Shown: positions 1-8,858 of the stretch, piece after piece
Position numbering within the stretch: position 1 is the stretch's first letter
How the letters are laid out: each line of letters starts with the position of its first letter
NCBI GenBank assembly: GCA_963522905.1
Contig: CAUQYS010000003.1
Coordinates: forward strand, 42,845-106,844
DNA from: an uncultured Candidatus Saccharibacteria bacterium
Lineage (GTDB): Bacteria; Patescibacteriota; Saccharimonadia; Saccharimonadales; Saccharimonadaceae
Length of the DNA: 64,000 nt
Reading direction: 5' to 3'
The notes under the pieces: generated by a model
Told to the model about the DNA's origin: nothing
Database searches by the model: none
What the model saw: only the letters and a program-made list of their open reading frames with translations
Program-made: the position numbers and the translations under genes

Positions 1-959
1 TTATCATTCGTGTGCATGAAGATGGCGGCGGCAAGTGGCAGCACGTCGCCATTGGCCGCTTGGCGGAGCGTTTCATAATCTGCCAGGCGCTTTGACACCG
101 CAGCGAGCTGGTTATCGAGCTCCTTCACCTGCCCTTGCTTGTCTGGCTCAGTCGCCAGCATATCGCGCTCGGCTTGCAGGCTATCATGCTGGGCACTGAG
201 GCGAGCTTGATAGCCAGTAAGGTCGAGCTCGGCGATGAGGAACCACGCCTGCGTGCGATGGAAGGCGCGGAACAATTGCTGATAAAACGCTTCGTTGCGC
301 CCTGAGAAACCACGCCGCGTGCCGGTATCGATCAGCAACTTCGCAAATGGCGCGAGGTCATTCACCGCAGTAATCTCACGCACCGCCACACCGTACTTGG
401 TGGCCGCCTTGACGCAGCTGCGCGTCTTGGCGTCGAAGCTCTTGAGTAGTGCTGCATCGTCGTGGTAGGGGGAAATATCTTTGGCAAAGAACCAGCGCAC
501 ATAGCGCGCGTTGCAGTCGGTCTGCTGCGGGGGGATGGCGCGGAAACCTGTCTTTTCCAGTTGTTGCAGTGCCTTGGCTGTACCGGCTACCTCAGTAAGC
601 TGAGTAGGGTCACTTCCCTGCCGCAGGATGAGTGGCGGCTGTAGGCGAAGCAGAATACCTTTATGCGTTTTGACATATTTCTTGAGCTCTGTCAATAGTG
701 TACTGAGCACGGCTGGGTTGTGATAATCCACCAGCGGCCCTTGCAAACATTCAAACTCGCTATAGCCCAAGGTGCGCCACTCATATAACACGGCGGTAGC
801 CACCAAGCGATCATTCTCAGCAAACAACCCCAGATAATGTGGCTGCCAGCCCAGCTGTGCCACTCGCTTGGCATTAGCGGCCGACTGGACGAAGCTCCCC
901 AGCGGGTGCTGCGCGGCAAATTGCTCGAGAGTGGATGGATCGATAGGTTTGAGCTGCAT
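1..959 (-). CDS. FemAB-family peptidoglycan cross-bridge aminoacyltransferase (3' end runs off the window)
   Basis: The frame is open from ATG 957-959 (minus) to the window edge. It is probably missing from the ORF track because no stop lies in the window. My translation reads MQLKPIDPSTLEQFAAQHPLGSFVQSAANAKRVAQLGWQPHYLGLF... It carries the helical insert ELDLTGYQARLSAQHDSLQAERDMLATEPDKQGQVKELDNQLAAVSKRL, typical of FemA/FemB/MurM. Confidence 0.75.
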   Translation of the reverse strand, partial: MQLKPIDPSTLEQFAAQHPLGSFVQSAANAKRVAQLGWQPHYLGLFAENDRLVATAVLYEWRTLGYSEFECLQGPLVDYHNPAVLSTLLTELKKYVKTHKGILLRLQPPLILRQGSDPTQLTEVAGTAKALQQLEKTGFRAIPPQQTDCNARYVRWFFAKDISPYHDDAALLKSFDAKTRSCVKAATKYGVAVREITAVNDLAPFAKLLIDTGTRRGFSGRNEAFYQQLFRAFHRTQAWFLIAELDLTGYQARLSAQHDSLQAERDMLATEPDKQGQVKELDNQLAAVSKRLADYETLRQAANGDVLPLAAAIFMHTND

Positions 960-1154
960 AATAATAGCGCTAGTATAGCATTTTTGAGTGGTGAGAGGAA
1001 GAGATGTGCATTAGCGATACATATTAGCCTTAGACTCTTCACAGCGCGCGTACCCCTGGGTTAGATCAATAATACTTTGTACCAATATTCATTATTTCAT
1101 CGTGGCGTGCATGGAACTTTCGCAACAATCATCAGTGAAAAACCGCCACAAAGT

Positions 1155-1163
1155 TGCTATACT
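1155..1163 (+). promoter_or_regulatory. Extended -10 promoter (TGcTATACT) for a leaderless transcript
   Basis: TGcTATACT is followed by 6 nt (aatgtt) and the ATG at 1170. Confidence 0.6.
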
Positions 1164-1169
1164 AATGTT

Positions 1170-2123
1170 ATGAAACATTTTTTACAGACTGAGGCATGGG
1201 AGGCCTTTCAACAAGCGCAGCAGCGCCACACGGTGCGGCGGGCAGACAAAGGGTGGCAGTATTATGGCATTATCGAGCATGGTCGGCTCAATCATCGGCT
1301 GTATGTGCCCTATGGACCTGAGGCAGACAACGATGCAGCCCAAGAAGCGGCGCTCAAGGATATCATCGCTACTGGGCGGCAATATGGCGCAGACTTTGTG
1401 CGGGTCGATCCCCGAACGACGCGACTTGAGCAGTTGCAAAACCTCGGCTTTCGCAAGGCAAAGAGCCTCCAGCCAGACCGAACGATTATTAATGATGTGA
1501 CGATGGATCACGATGCCATCCTAGCTAATGCCAAACAAGCGGTGCGTTACACCTGGCGCAAGAACCAGAAGGCCGGGGTGCGCTTCCACACCAGTTATGA
1601 GCCGGCGGATATTGAGATCTTTCTTGATATGATTCACGATGTAGCCAAGCGCACTGGTATGCAGCCTCATAGTGATGCCTACTTTCGCCAAATGGCAGAG
1701 GTGCTCTTCCCGCGCAAGGCAGCTGGCCTAATGTATGCCACGCTGGAGGACAAACCGGTTGCAAGCCTTATCTTCTTTAGTGATGGTACGACGATGGCCT
1801 ATGCCCATGCGGCGTCCTACACCGCCCAGCGCAACCTCAGCCCAGCCACAGCACTGGTGGTGTCTGCCCTCTTCTATGCCCACGATACCGGGCACAAATT
1901 CTTCGACTTTTATGGTATTGCGCCAGACGATGTACCAAAGGATCACCCCTGGGCGGGCTTTACGCACTTTAAGAAGTCGTTTGGGGGTACGCCAGTGGAC
2001 TATATCGGCACCTGGGAGAAGCCGCTCCATCCACTGCGCTACCGGTTGTACCACCTCTACCAAGCGCTGTATCAGCACATGCGCAGTCTGCGTCAGGCAT
2101 CGTATCGTCGCTCGCATAAGTAG
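1170..2123 (+). CDS. FemAB/FemX-like aminoacyltransferase (no coiled-coil insert)
   Basis: ORF 1077..2123 trimmed to ATG 1170 (MKHFLQTEAWEAFQQ...), which is supported by the -10 box 6 nt upstream. FemAB-like motifs are present: FLQTEAW, YAHAASY, GHKFFDFYGI, FKKSFGG. Confidence 0.7.
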   Translation: MKHFLQTEAWEAFQQAQQRHTVRRADKGWQYYGIIEHGRLNHRLYVPYGPEADNDAAQEAALKDIIATGRQYGADFVRVDPRTTRLEQLQNLGFRKAKSLQPDRTIINDVTMDHDAILANAKQAVRYTWRKNQKAGVRFHTSYEPADIEIFLDMIHDVAKRTGMQPHSDAYFRQMAEVLFPRKAAGLMYATLEDKPVASLIFFSDGTTMAYAHAASYTAQRNLSPATALVVSALFYAHDTGHKFFDFYGIAPDDVPKDHPWAGFTHFKKSFGGTPVDYIGTWEKPLHPLRYRLYHLYQALYQHMRSLRQASYRRSHK

Positions 2124-2145
2124 TTGGTAGAGAGATCACTTAGAA

Positions 2146-2172
2146 GAAGACGCTCTAGTAGGGCGTCTTTTT
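2146..2172 (+). terminator. Rho-independent terminator
   Basis: Stem GAAGACGC / GCGTCTTT with an 8-9 nt loop, followed by a T-run. Confidence 0.7.
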
Positions 2173-2729
2173 ATAGTATCCCTTCCCTACTCTACTGACG
2201 TGACTTTAGACGGAAAACAATATGAGATTTATACGCTGATGTGGGGCTATAGAGCTTGATATAGTTCCACGTATTATTCACGTGAAATAGAGATATGTAC
2301 AGGTGAAAATTGTGCTATCACTTCCCTACTGTGATTCAATTTTGGTTGTAACTATGATAAACACAAACTGTCTTTATTTCTGATTTATTATTCATACTTC
2401 CTTTTTGCATTGTATGAAGCGCGTTGATGAATGCAGCATGATGGTATGCGGGCAGACATTTGCAATGCAGAGACTTCTGCTGCTTTTCTGGTAGTCTGCC
2501 CATCCCCCATGCTCTACTGGATGAGATAGTAAAATCGTAATTGCTTTAGTCACAGGTCGTCACGCATCACACCTTGCACGTGAAAACTACACAGTGGGAA
2601 ACTATCAGAACAAACGATTACTCGATAGTGACTAATCTGCATAGCGAGAAACAAATCATATGATTTTAATCAGCTGCGTCTTAGCCTTATCACTAACCCC
2701 TGTCACCTCTGCCATTGAGCTGCCAAACG

Positions 2730-2738
2730 TGCTATACT
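2730..2738 (+). promoter_or_regulatory. Extended -10 box (TGcTATACT) about 120 nt upstream of valS
   Basis: Same TGnTATACT consensus seen in front of many genes here. It implies a ~115-nt valS leader containing the hairpin TTTTCAC(2790-2796)/GTGAAAA(2824-2830). Confidence 0.45.
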
Positions 2739-2861
2739 AGGTAGCTGAAGTTGCACCAAAAAATCGGCCTGGCAGATGCTGCACGCATATTTTTCACGTG
2801 AAGTATTGACCGCGCCGTTTTCGTGTGAAAAGTATCAATAATCTGTAAGGAAGCCACCGCC

Positions 2862-5411
2862 ATGAAACTTGCCAAGACCTACAACCCTAACGAATACGAG
2901 CCAAATATCTACGCTATGTGGGAAAGTGCTGGTGTGTTTCGGCCAAAAGGGGAGGGCACACCGTATAGCATCGTGATGCCGCCGCCCAATGCCAATGGCA
3001 ACCTGCACGTTGGGCATGCGCTGGGCTCGGCCCTGCAAGATATTTTGGTGCGCTACCACCGGATGAAAGGCGATGATGCGGTGTTTATCCCTGGGGCAGA
3101 CCATGCTGGCTTCGAGACGTGGGTGGTGTATGAGCGCGAGCTAGAGAAGCAGGGCAAGACGCGCTTCGACTACTCGCGCGATGAGCTGTATGCGCAGGTG
3201 TGGGACTTTGTCGATAAAAAGCGGGGTGATATGGAGCTCCAGCTACGTGCCCTCGGCGTCGGGGCGGACTGGGAAGATATGGTCTTTACGCTTGACCCTA
3301 AGGTGGTGGAGACGGTCTATGACACCTTCAATAAGCTGTGGCAGGATGGGTTGATCTACCGCGGTGAGCGAATCGTGAACTACTGTACCAAGCACCAGAC
3401 CAGCTTTGCCGACATAGAGGTAGTGCACAAGACGGAGAAGTCTAAGCTGTGGCGTATTGCGTATCCACTACTCGATCATATTGGTGAAATTATCGTTGCT
3501 ACGACACGGCCGGAGACGCTACTGGGTGATACCGCCATCGCTGTCAACCCGGCAGATGAGCGCTACAAGAAGCTGATCGGCACCAAGGCGCTGCTCCCAC
3601 TGGTGGGGCGCGAGATCCCGATTATTGCTGACGAATATGTCGATGCGTCATATGGTACTGGTGCAGTCAAGATCACACCGGCCCACGACCCAAATGACTT
3701 CGAGATGGGGCAGCGGCATGGGCTGCCAGTGGAGCAGGTAATTGGCTTCGACGGGCGAATGACCAATGTACCCACGCCATTTGATGGCCTCACCACGACG
3801 GAGGCGCGCCAACGGGTGCTGGAGGCGCTGGAGCGTGAAGAGCTCCGTCGTGGCGAGGAAGAGCTGGAGCACTCGGTGGGACATTGCTACAAGTGCGATA
3901 CTGTCATTGAGCCAATGGTTAAGGAGCAGTGGTTCATTTCGATGCGGCCATTGGCGGATGCAGCGATTGCTGCTATTGAGCACGGTGATGTGACCTTCAC
4001 TCCCGCCAATAAAGGCGAGGTGGTCATCAAATACCTGCGCGAGATCAAAGATTGGAACGTTAGTCGGCAGATCCCGTGGGGGATACCCATCCCAGCCTTC
4101 CAGAGCACGACTGATCCAAGCGACTGGATCTTCAACACAAACGTCAACGAAAAAGAAATAGTTGTAAATGGAACAACATATCGTCGAGAAGAAGATACAC
4201 TTGATACTTGGTTTAGCAGTGGGCAGTGGCCATTCATCACCACCGACTATTTGCAGGATGGGCCGCTGGCGAAATTCTACCCCAACGCGGTAATGGAGAC
4301 GGCGGGGGACATTCTCTTCTTCTGGGTGGCGCGGATGATGATGCTTGGCCTGTACTGCACGGGGCAGGTGCCGTTCCGACATGTGTATCTGCACGGGCTG
4401 GTACTGGATGAGCATGGGCAGAAGATGAGCAAGAGCAAGGGCAATGTGATCAACCCAATGGAGGCGATTAGCCAATATGGCTCGGACGCACTGCGCATGG
4501 GGATTATCGCCAGCCGCTCAGCCGCTCAGCCGCAGGCCTTTAATACCGGCAAGGTGGTGGCAGCGCGCAACTTTTGTAATAAATTGTGGAACATCGCTCG
4601 CTTCATTGAGGCGCAAGTGGGGGATACGCAACCGGTGCATGTGCCAGTGCCGCAATCGATGGCTGATCATTGGATTATCCGACAGCTGAGCAAGGCAGGG
4701 GAGACGATGGAGCAGCAGCTAACGCAGTATCGTTTTGCCGAGGCGGCAGAGACACTTTACCACACAGTGTGGGATGACGTAGCCGATTGGTATATTGAGG
4801 CAGCTAAGGTGGAGCAGCACGCTGATATGCTGGTGTGGGTGCTCGATACATGCCTGCGCTTGGCTCACCCGTTTGCACCATTTGTGACAGAGACAATTTG
4901 GCAAAGCCTGAGCTGGCATAACGACCTGCTGGCGGCAGCGCGATATCCGCAGGCTGAGAAATACAATGAGCTGCAAGCAGCTGAGTTTGGCCGGCTCAAG
5001 CGATTCGTGATTGAAGCGCGCTACGTAACGAGTGAGTTGCCAGGTAATGAGCGCTATACGATGCTCTATATGGATGACGCGCTCGTAGCGGATAATGCCG
5101 AGCTGGTGCGGCGTTTGGCTGGCCTGGCGGCAGTGGAGCATACTGATGCAGCACGAGGCCTGCGCCTGGCTGCCAGTGGCCGCGATGCCTGGCTTGATGT
5201 AAGCGACGAGACACTCTATGAGCACCAGACAAATCTCGAGAAACGCTTGGTTGCAGCACGTAATGACGCCGCCAAGCTGGAGGCACGTCTAGCAAACGAA
5301 CGTTATACCAGCCAAGCACCCGCTCATTTGGTGGAAGAATCACGCCAGCAGCTGGCAAGCAAGCAGGCGTTGATCGAGCGGCTGGTGAAGGAATTGCAGG
5401 TGATCGAATAG
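2862..5411 (+). CDS. valS: Valine--tRNA ligase
   Basis: 849 aa. HIGH motif PPPNANGNLHVGHA, KMSKS motif KMSKSKGN, and a C-terminal coiled coil. SD aaggaag lies upstream. Confidence 0.97.
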   Translation: MKLAKTYNPNEYEPNIYAMWESAGVFRPKGEGTPYSIVMPPPNANGNLHVGHALGSALQDILVRYHRMKGDDAVFIPGADHAGFETWVVYERELEKQGKTRFDYSRDELYAQVWDFVDKKRGDMELQLRALGVGADWEDMVFTLDPKVVETVYDTFNKLWQDGLIYRGERIVNYCTKHQTSFADIEVVHKTEKSKLWRIAYPLLDHIGEIIVATTRPETLLGDTAIAVNPADERYKKLIGTKALLPLVGREIPIIADEYVDASYGTGAVKITPAHDPNDFEMGQRHGLPVEQVIGFDGRMTNVPTPFDGLTTTEARQRVLEALEREELRRGEEELEHSVGHCYKCDTVIEPMVKEQWFISMRPLADAAIAAIEHGDVTFTPANKGEVVIKYLREIKDWNVSRQIPWGIPIPAFQSTTDPSDWIFNTNVNEKEIVVNGTTYRREEDTLDTWFSSGQWPFITTDYLQDGPLAKFYPNAVMETAGDILFFWVARMMMLGLYCTGQVPFRHVYLHGLVLDEHGQKMSKSKGNVINPMEAISQYGSDALRMGIIASRSAAQPQAFNTGKVVAARNFCNKLWNIARFIEAQVGDTQPVHVPVPQSMADHWIIRQLSKAGETMEQQLTQYRFAEAAETLYHTVWDDVADWYIEAAKVEQHADMLVWVLDTCLRLAHPFAPFVTETIWQSLSWHNDLLAAARYPQAEKYNELQAAEFGRLKRFVIEARYVTSELPGNERYTMLYMDDALVADNAELVRRLAGLAAVEHTDAARGLRLAASGRDAWLDVSDETLYEHQTNLEKRLVAARNDAAKLEARLANERYTSQAPAHLVEESRQQLASKQALIERLVKELQVIE

Positions 5412-5446
5412 CAGTACTGCAAATTTAATACCTTGTGCTAATAGAG

Positions 5447-5480
5447 AAGGCTACCGTCGATGTGAGATGGTAGCCTTTTT
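5447..5480 (+). terminator. Rho-independent terminator
   Basis: Stem AAGGCTACC / GGTAGCCTT followed by TTTTT. Confidence 0.85.
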
Positions 5481-5882
5481 GATGGGTAGAGATAATGAAG
5501 TGTGTTGATTTAACCTCTTGCGTTCTCAATGACAAAAGGGTACTTAGTGGTAAGAAGGGAAGCGCGAACACAGATAAAGGGATTATTGTGATGACGAGCT
5601 GTAGTAACCTGAAGCTGAAAATCTCACCGCATCACTCTTTCTATTCGTATCGTTATTTTTCTGAAGCTTACTACGAGCGTTCATCGTATGGATTTATATA
5701 AGCATACACATGCTGAGACAAACAGCTTTCACCTCTTATCAAGCAAGCTAACAGGGAAAAGAGTTTATACAGAAATGGAGGGAACTCCTACATCTACACG
5801 AAACATACTTGACAGATAAGAAACATCCTGCTACCATGAATATGAACAAAAATAGAACTAACGATAGTCACCAATACACACA

Positions 5883-6257
5883 ATGAAACACAAACACCAC
5901 ACTACTTCATACAAAACCATTCTCGCGCAGGCGGCTGTGGCGGTCTTTAGCTTGGCGACTGCACTGGGGGTGTTTTTGCACGATGGGCAATTTGATAAGA
6001 TGACCACCGCGCTTCTCACGCTCGAGCCTGCCGTGCTGCGAAGCCGTGGGCTGCAAGGCTCGGCAGAGCACGATAAGCTAACAACCGACCCGCACGTCCA
6101 TCCGCATCATACGTCGCTTGGGCATAAGGCGGCGCATCACGGGCAACACCACACGCCGAGTGTGCCACCGCGCGATGATGAATATAGATACCTGGCGCAC
6201 AAACAGCGGGGAGCGCGCCATGCCTTTGATAATCAGTTCTTGCCGATTGTTGGTTAG
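5883..6257 (+). CDS. Hypothetical His-rich small membrane-anchored protein
   Basis: 124 aa. N-terminal hydrophobic helix ILAQAAVAVFSLATALGVFL and a His-rich tail (HVHPHHTSLGHKAAHHGQHH). Candidate promoter TTGACA-17-TGcTACCAT at 5809..5837. No homology recognised. Confidence 0.4.
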   Translation: MKHKHHTTSYKTILAQAAVAVFSLATALGVFLHDGQFDKMTTALLTLEPAVLRSRGLQGSAEHDKLTTDPHVHPHHTSLGHKAAHHGQHHTPSVPPRDDEYRYLAHKQRGARHAFDNQFLPIVG

Positions 6258-6713
6258 TTATTGATGGTGATACGGATGACCAGCGGCAATCTGCTGCGCC
6301 CGGTAGAGCTGCTCGACCAAGATGAGCCGCACCAACTGATGAGGGAATACTAGGCGAGACAGCGACCACACCAGGTTGGCGCGCTCCATCACCGCCTCCG
6401 TCACACCATATGCTCCACCAATGATAAGCACGAGTGATTTGCCTTGCGCCATTGGCTGATGTAGACTGCGCGAGAGGGTAGGCGAGTCGAGCATTGTGCC
6501 GCGCTCATCTAGCAGTACAACGTACGCCTGGGGCGAAAGCGCCCGCAGAATCTGCTGCGACTCCTCACGGCGCGCTGCATCACCACTGTGCGAGCTGGCG
6601 GGGAGGAGCTTCCACTGCAGCTGCCAGGCGCGAGTTATGCGCTGCTTGTAGCGTGCAATACCATCAGCCAGCCAGGGCTCGTGCCGCTTGCCAATGGCAA
6701 TGATAGTGATCAC
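6258..6713 (-). CDS. rlmH: 23S rRNA (pseudouridine1915-N3)-methyltransferase RlmH (SPOUT)
   Basis: 151 aa. Contains IIGGAYGV and the C-terminal LSLSRLVFPHQLVRLILVEQLYRA signature. GTG start overlaps the HIT gene stop. Confidence 0.85.
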   Translation of the reverse strand: MITIIAIGKRHEPWLADGIARYKQRITRAWQLQWKLLPASSHSGDAARREESQQILRALSPQAYVVLLDERGTMLDSPTLSRSLHQPMAQGKSLVLIIGGAYGVTEAVMERANLVWSLSRLVFPHQLVRLILVEQLYRAQQIAAGHPYHHQ

Positions 6714-7135
6714 GCGCTGGCGTCTCCACCACTGCTGGGTACTGCTGCAGCAAGGCGCTGGGCGGTGGTAGACAGGTGAGTGTCGCTGGTATTAGTCGGG
6801 TAGCCATGATGGAGCTGTAGCACCTCGCGGTCATATAGCGGCACGAGATGAATGTGAGCGTGTGGCACATCAAAGCCCTCTACCACAACGCCAACCCGCT
6901 CAGGCTGGAATGTCATCTCCATTGCGTGGGCAATCCGCTGCGCTACCACCCAGAGGTGCTGATACACCTCAGTGGGGAGCGCCCACAGCGAGTCAATCTG
7001 CTGCTTGGGTACCACCAGCACATGGCCATCACTCAGCGGGTTGATATCAAGAAAGGCAATCGTGTGCTCATCCTCATACACCGTGTGGCTTGGTATTTCA
7101 CCCTTGATAATTTTAGTAAAAATAGAATCCTGCAT
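6710..7135 (-). CDS. HIT-family (histidine triad) nucleotide hydrolase
   Basis: Trimmed to ATG 7133-7135 (MQDSIFTKIIKGEIP...), because the longer ORF would overlap a tRNA. HIT motif HAHIHLV is present. TATACT lies 6 nt upstream of the ATG (leaderless). Confidence 0.85.
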   Translation of the reverse strand: MQDSIFTKIIKGEIPSHTVYEDEHTIAFLDINPLSDGHVLVVPKQQIDSLWALPTEVYQHLWVVAQRIAHAMEMTFQPERVGVVVEGFDVPHAHIHLVPLYDREVLQLHHGYPTNTSDTHLSTTAQRLAAAVPSSGGDASA

Positions 7136-7210
7136 AGCTCTAGTATACGCGAAGGTGGGGCAAGAGCTCAAGGATATCTGCTGCGCGATATTTTCGTTCG
7201 GCACCACATC

Positions 7211-7219
7211 TGTTATAAT
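7211..7219 (+). promoter_or_regulatory. Extended -10 promoter (TGtTATAAT) for tRNA-Ser
   Basis: TGtTATAAT lies 15 nt upstream of the mature tRNA 5' end. Confidence 0.6.
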
Positions 7220-7234
7220 GAGAGCAGACCACGT

Positions 7235-7322
7235 GGAGAGGTGCAGGAGTGGTTGAACTGGCCGCTCTCGAAAAGCGGTAAGCCGCAAGGCTTCGAGGGT
7301 TCGAATCCCTCTCTCTCCGCCA
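7235..7322 (+). tRNA. tRNA-Ser (anticodon CGA), CCA encoded
   Basis: Manual fold: acceptor GGAGAGG/TCTCTCC, anticodon stem CCGCT/AGCGG with loop CTCGAAA, long variable arm, T-arm GAGGG-TTCGAAT-CCCTC. Confidence 0.9.
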
Positions 7323-7447
7323 TATTTTTGATCGTATTTATCTGCGAGCTCTGGGCTAGCAGGTTTTTATTATAATAACGACGCATCGCGACGTGAGGGG
7401 TGCCGCTTGGTGCACTTCTGTCTTGCACATACTCACCAGAGGTAATG

Positions 7448-7474
7448 AAAAAGCGCACACCGCGAAGTGTGCGC
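7448..7474 (-). terminator. Rho-independent terminator (minus strand)
   Basis: Stem GCGCACAC/GTGTGCGC with a 6-nt loop. The A-run on plus is a T-run on minus, just downstream of the pilin-like gene. Confidence 0.8.
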
Positions 7475-7510
7475 ATATGTTTGTGTGAGAAGAGAGCCAA
7501 GCGGCATCGG

Positions 7511-7939
7511 CTAGGTAGTCGAAGCGCCGGTGTTGCTGCTGTTGGTCGTGGTGTTGATGTTGCCACCAGGGATGATGGTGTTGATAACAAAGTTCACCGC
7601 GGCGTAGGCGAGCAGCGCCACTACGACACCAACGAGGGCATACATAATCGTATTCTTCGCGCCTTGTACCTGTGATGAATTACCACCAGAGACGACATAG
7701 CGAATACCACCGAAGATGATCATAATAACCGCGATAGCACCAACGAGGAATAGCATGATGTTGCTTACCCGTGTGAAGATACCGGCGTCACCAAAGAGAT
7801 CGGCAGGCTGGTCTTTGCCCCGTGAGCGGCTGGCACCATCTGACACGCCACCAATTGCAGCGCTGGGCGGTGCAGCAGCAATTATCCCACCCCCGATGAG
7901 GGCAAGAGCACTGATAGATAGTAGACATTTTTTTAGCAT
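7511..7939 (-). CDS. VirB2/TrbC-like two-helix pilin-like protein (solitary paralog)
   Basis: Trimmed to ATG 7937-7939 (MLKKCLLSISALALIGG...). A signal peptide is followed by helix IMLFLVGAIAVIMIIFGGIRY, loop VVSGGNSSQVQGAKNTIMY and helix ALVGVVVALLAYAAVNFV. Confidence 0.7.
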   Translation of the reverse strand: MLKKCLLSISALALIGGGIIAAAPPSAAIGGVSDGASRSRGKDQPADLFGDAGIFTRVSNIMLFLVGAIAVIMIIFGGIRYVVSGGNSSQVQGAKNTIMYALVGVVVALLAYAAVNFVINTIIPGGNINTTTNSSNTGASTT

Positions 7940-8267
7940 AATAAACTTAGCTCCTTTTATCTTGTAATTATACGATATGGCGTTTTTTTTGTCGAGAGGA
8001 AAGCGGTGAAATTTCTCAGCTTGTGGTACTGTGGTGATTCGCTCCTTCATCTCTTTTGCTAGTAGCGTCTTGAAAGCTTGCTATTATGACGATATCTTGA
8101 ACCTCAACGTGAGGAATTGGTATGTTAGTGGGACGCGCTTGGCAGTCTACTTATTTATATTGCTTGATAAAGGGAAGGGGAGTGCAGGAAATATATGGCT
8201 CACGACACTGCGACGAAGTAGGGATAAAATTGTATCTCACAAATGTCTAGCGCAATCGCCTGACCTA

Positions 8268-8276
8268 TGCTACAAT
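8268..8276 (+). promoter_or_regulatory. Extended -10 promoter (TGcTACAAT) for tRNA-Ser
   Basis: TGcTACAAT lies 35 nt upstream of the tRNA. Confidence 0.5.
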
Positions 8277-8310
8277 AGCCAGTGCACGTTGGTGCACAAT
8301 CCGACACGCT

Positions 8311-8403
8311 GGAGGAGTACCCAAGTGGCTGAAGGGGACGGTTTGCTAAATCGTTAGTGTGGGGAGACCTGCAGCGGGAGTTCGAATCTCCCCTCCTCCG
8401 CCA
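8311..8403 (+). tRNA. tRNA-Ser (anticodon GCT), CCA encoded
   Basis: Manual fold: acceptor GGAGGAG/CTCCTCC, anticodon stem ACGGT/ATCGT with loop TTGCTAA, long variable arm, T-arm GGGAG-TTCGAAT-CTCCC. Confidence 0.9.
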
Positions 8404-8780
8404 GGATTGTTTGGGCTATGGCTATTGGCTCGGTGTTTTTGATAAAACAGCCGCACAGTAATATCCACAGCTCAAGAATGACAAGCCAAAATAGACGAAT
8501 GCTGAGGTTGCTTAGCAACCTATAGTTTTAACATAAAACACAGCACAACGAGAGATAAACGAATCATTGTAGATATTACAATGATATTTTTATTTGTGTA
8601 GAACATAGCAAAATATACAATGCTATTAATACATGCGAAGTATCATAAATGTCAAGAGCTCTATCTGGGGTATGATCTATATATGTACGGTGCAAGCGTA
8701 CGACTGGCGAGAGAGGCGAAGTATGAGTGTTGCGCGAGGCGTACACCACAGGATTGCGCAGTTATGCAGGTTATGGTTAA

Positions 8781-8808
8781 TTGACCAGTGCGGCCATTAT
8801 GATAGAAT
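8781..8808 (+). promoter_or_regulatory. Sigma70-type promoter TTGACC-N16-TGaTAGAAT
   Basis: -35 TTGACC (8781-8786) and extended -10 TGaTAGAAT (8800-8808), about 50 nt upstream of the GTG start, which has SD GGGGAGG. Confidence 0.6.
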
Positions 8809-8858
8809 AGTCTTTGTAACGTAAATCTAACGCCAACCGACAAGGGGAGGAAAGAGCA

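Noticed and set aside
2740-2861. T-box riboswitch in the valS leader (sequence ACCGCG at about 2810).
   Set aside because: Only a 6-nt fragment resembles the T-box. The UGGN that pairs with the tRNA NCCA end, a specifier loop with a Val codon, and stem I features are all absent.
3648-4475. Long antisense or overlapping ORFs inside well-supported genes. Examples: 3648..4475 (-) in valS, 21874..22563 (+) in the ABC permease, 33351..33983 (-) in argS, 41598..42284 (-) in rpoD, 44516..45199 (-) in GH16, and 57438..58061 (-).
   Set aside because: They lie opposite genes with clear catalytic motifs. Their translations are low-complexity or Arg/His/Cys-rich, as is typical of GC-rich antisense frames. 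They have no independent RBS or promoter.
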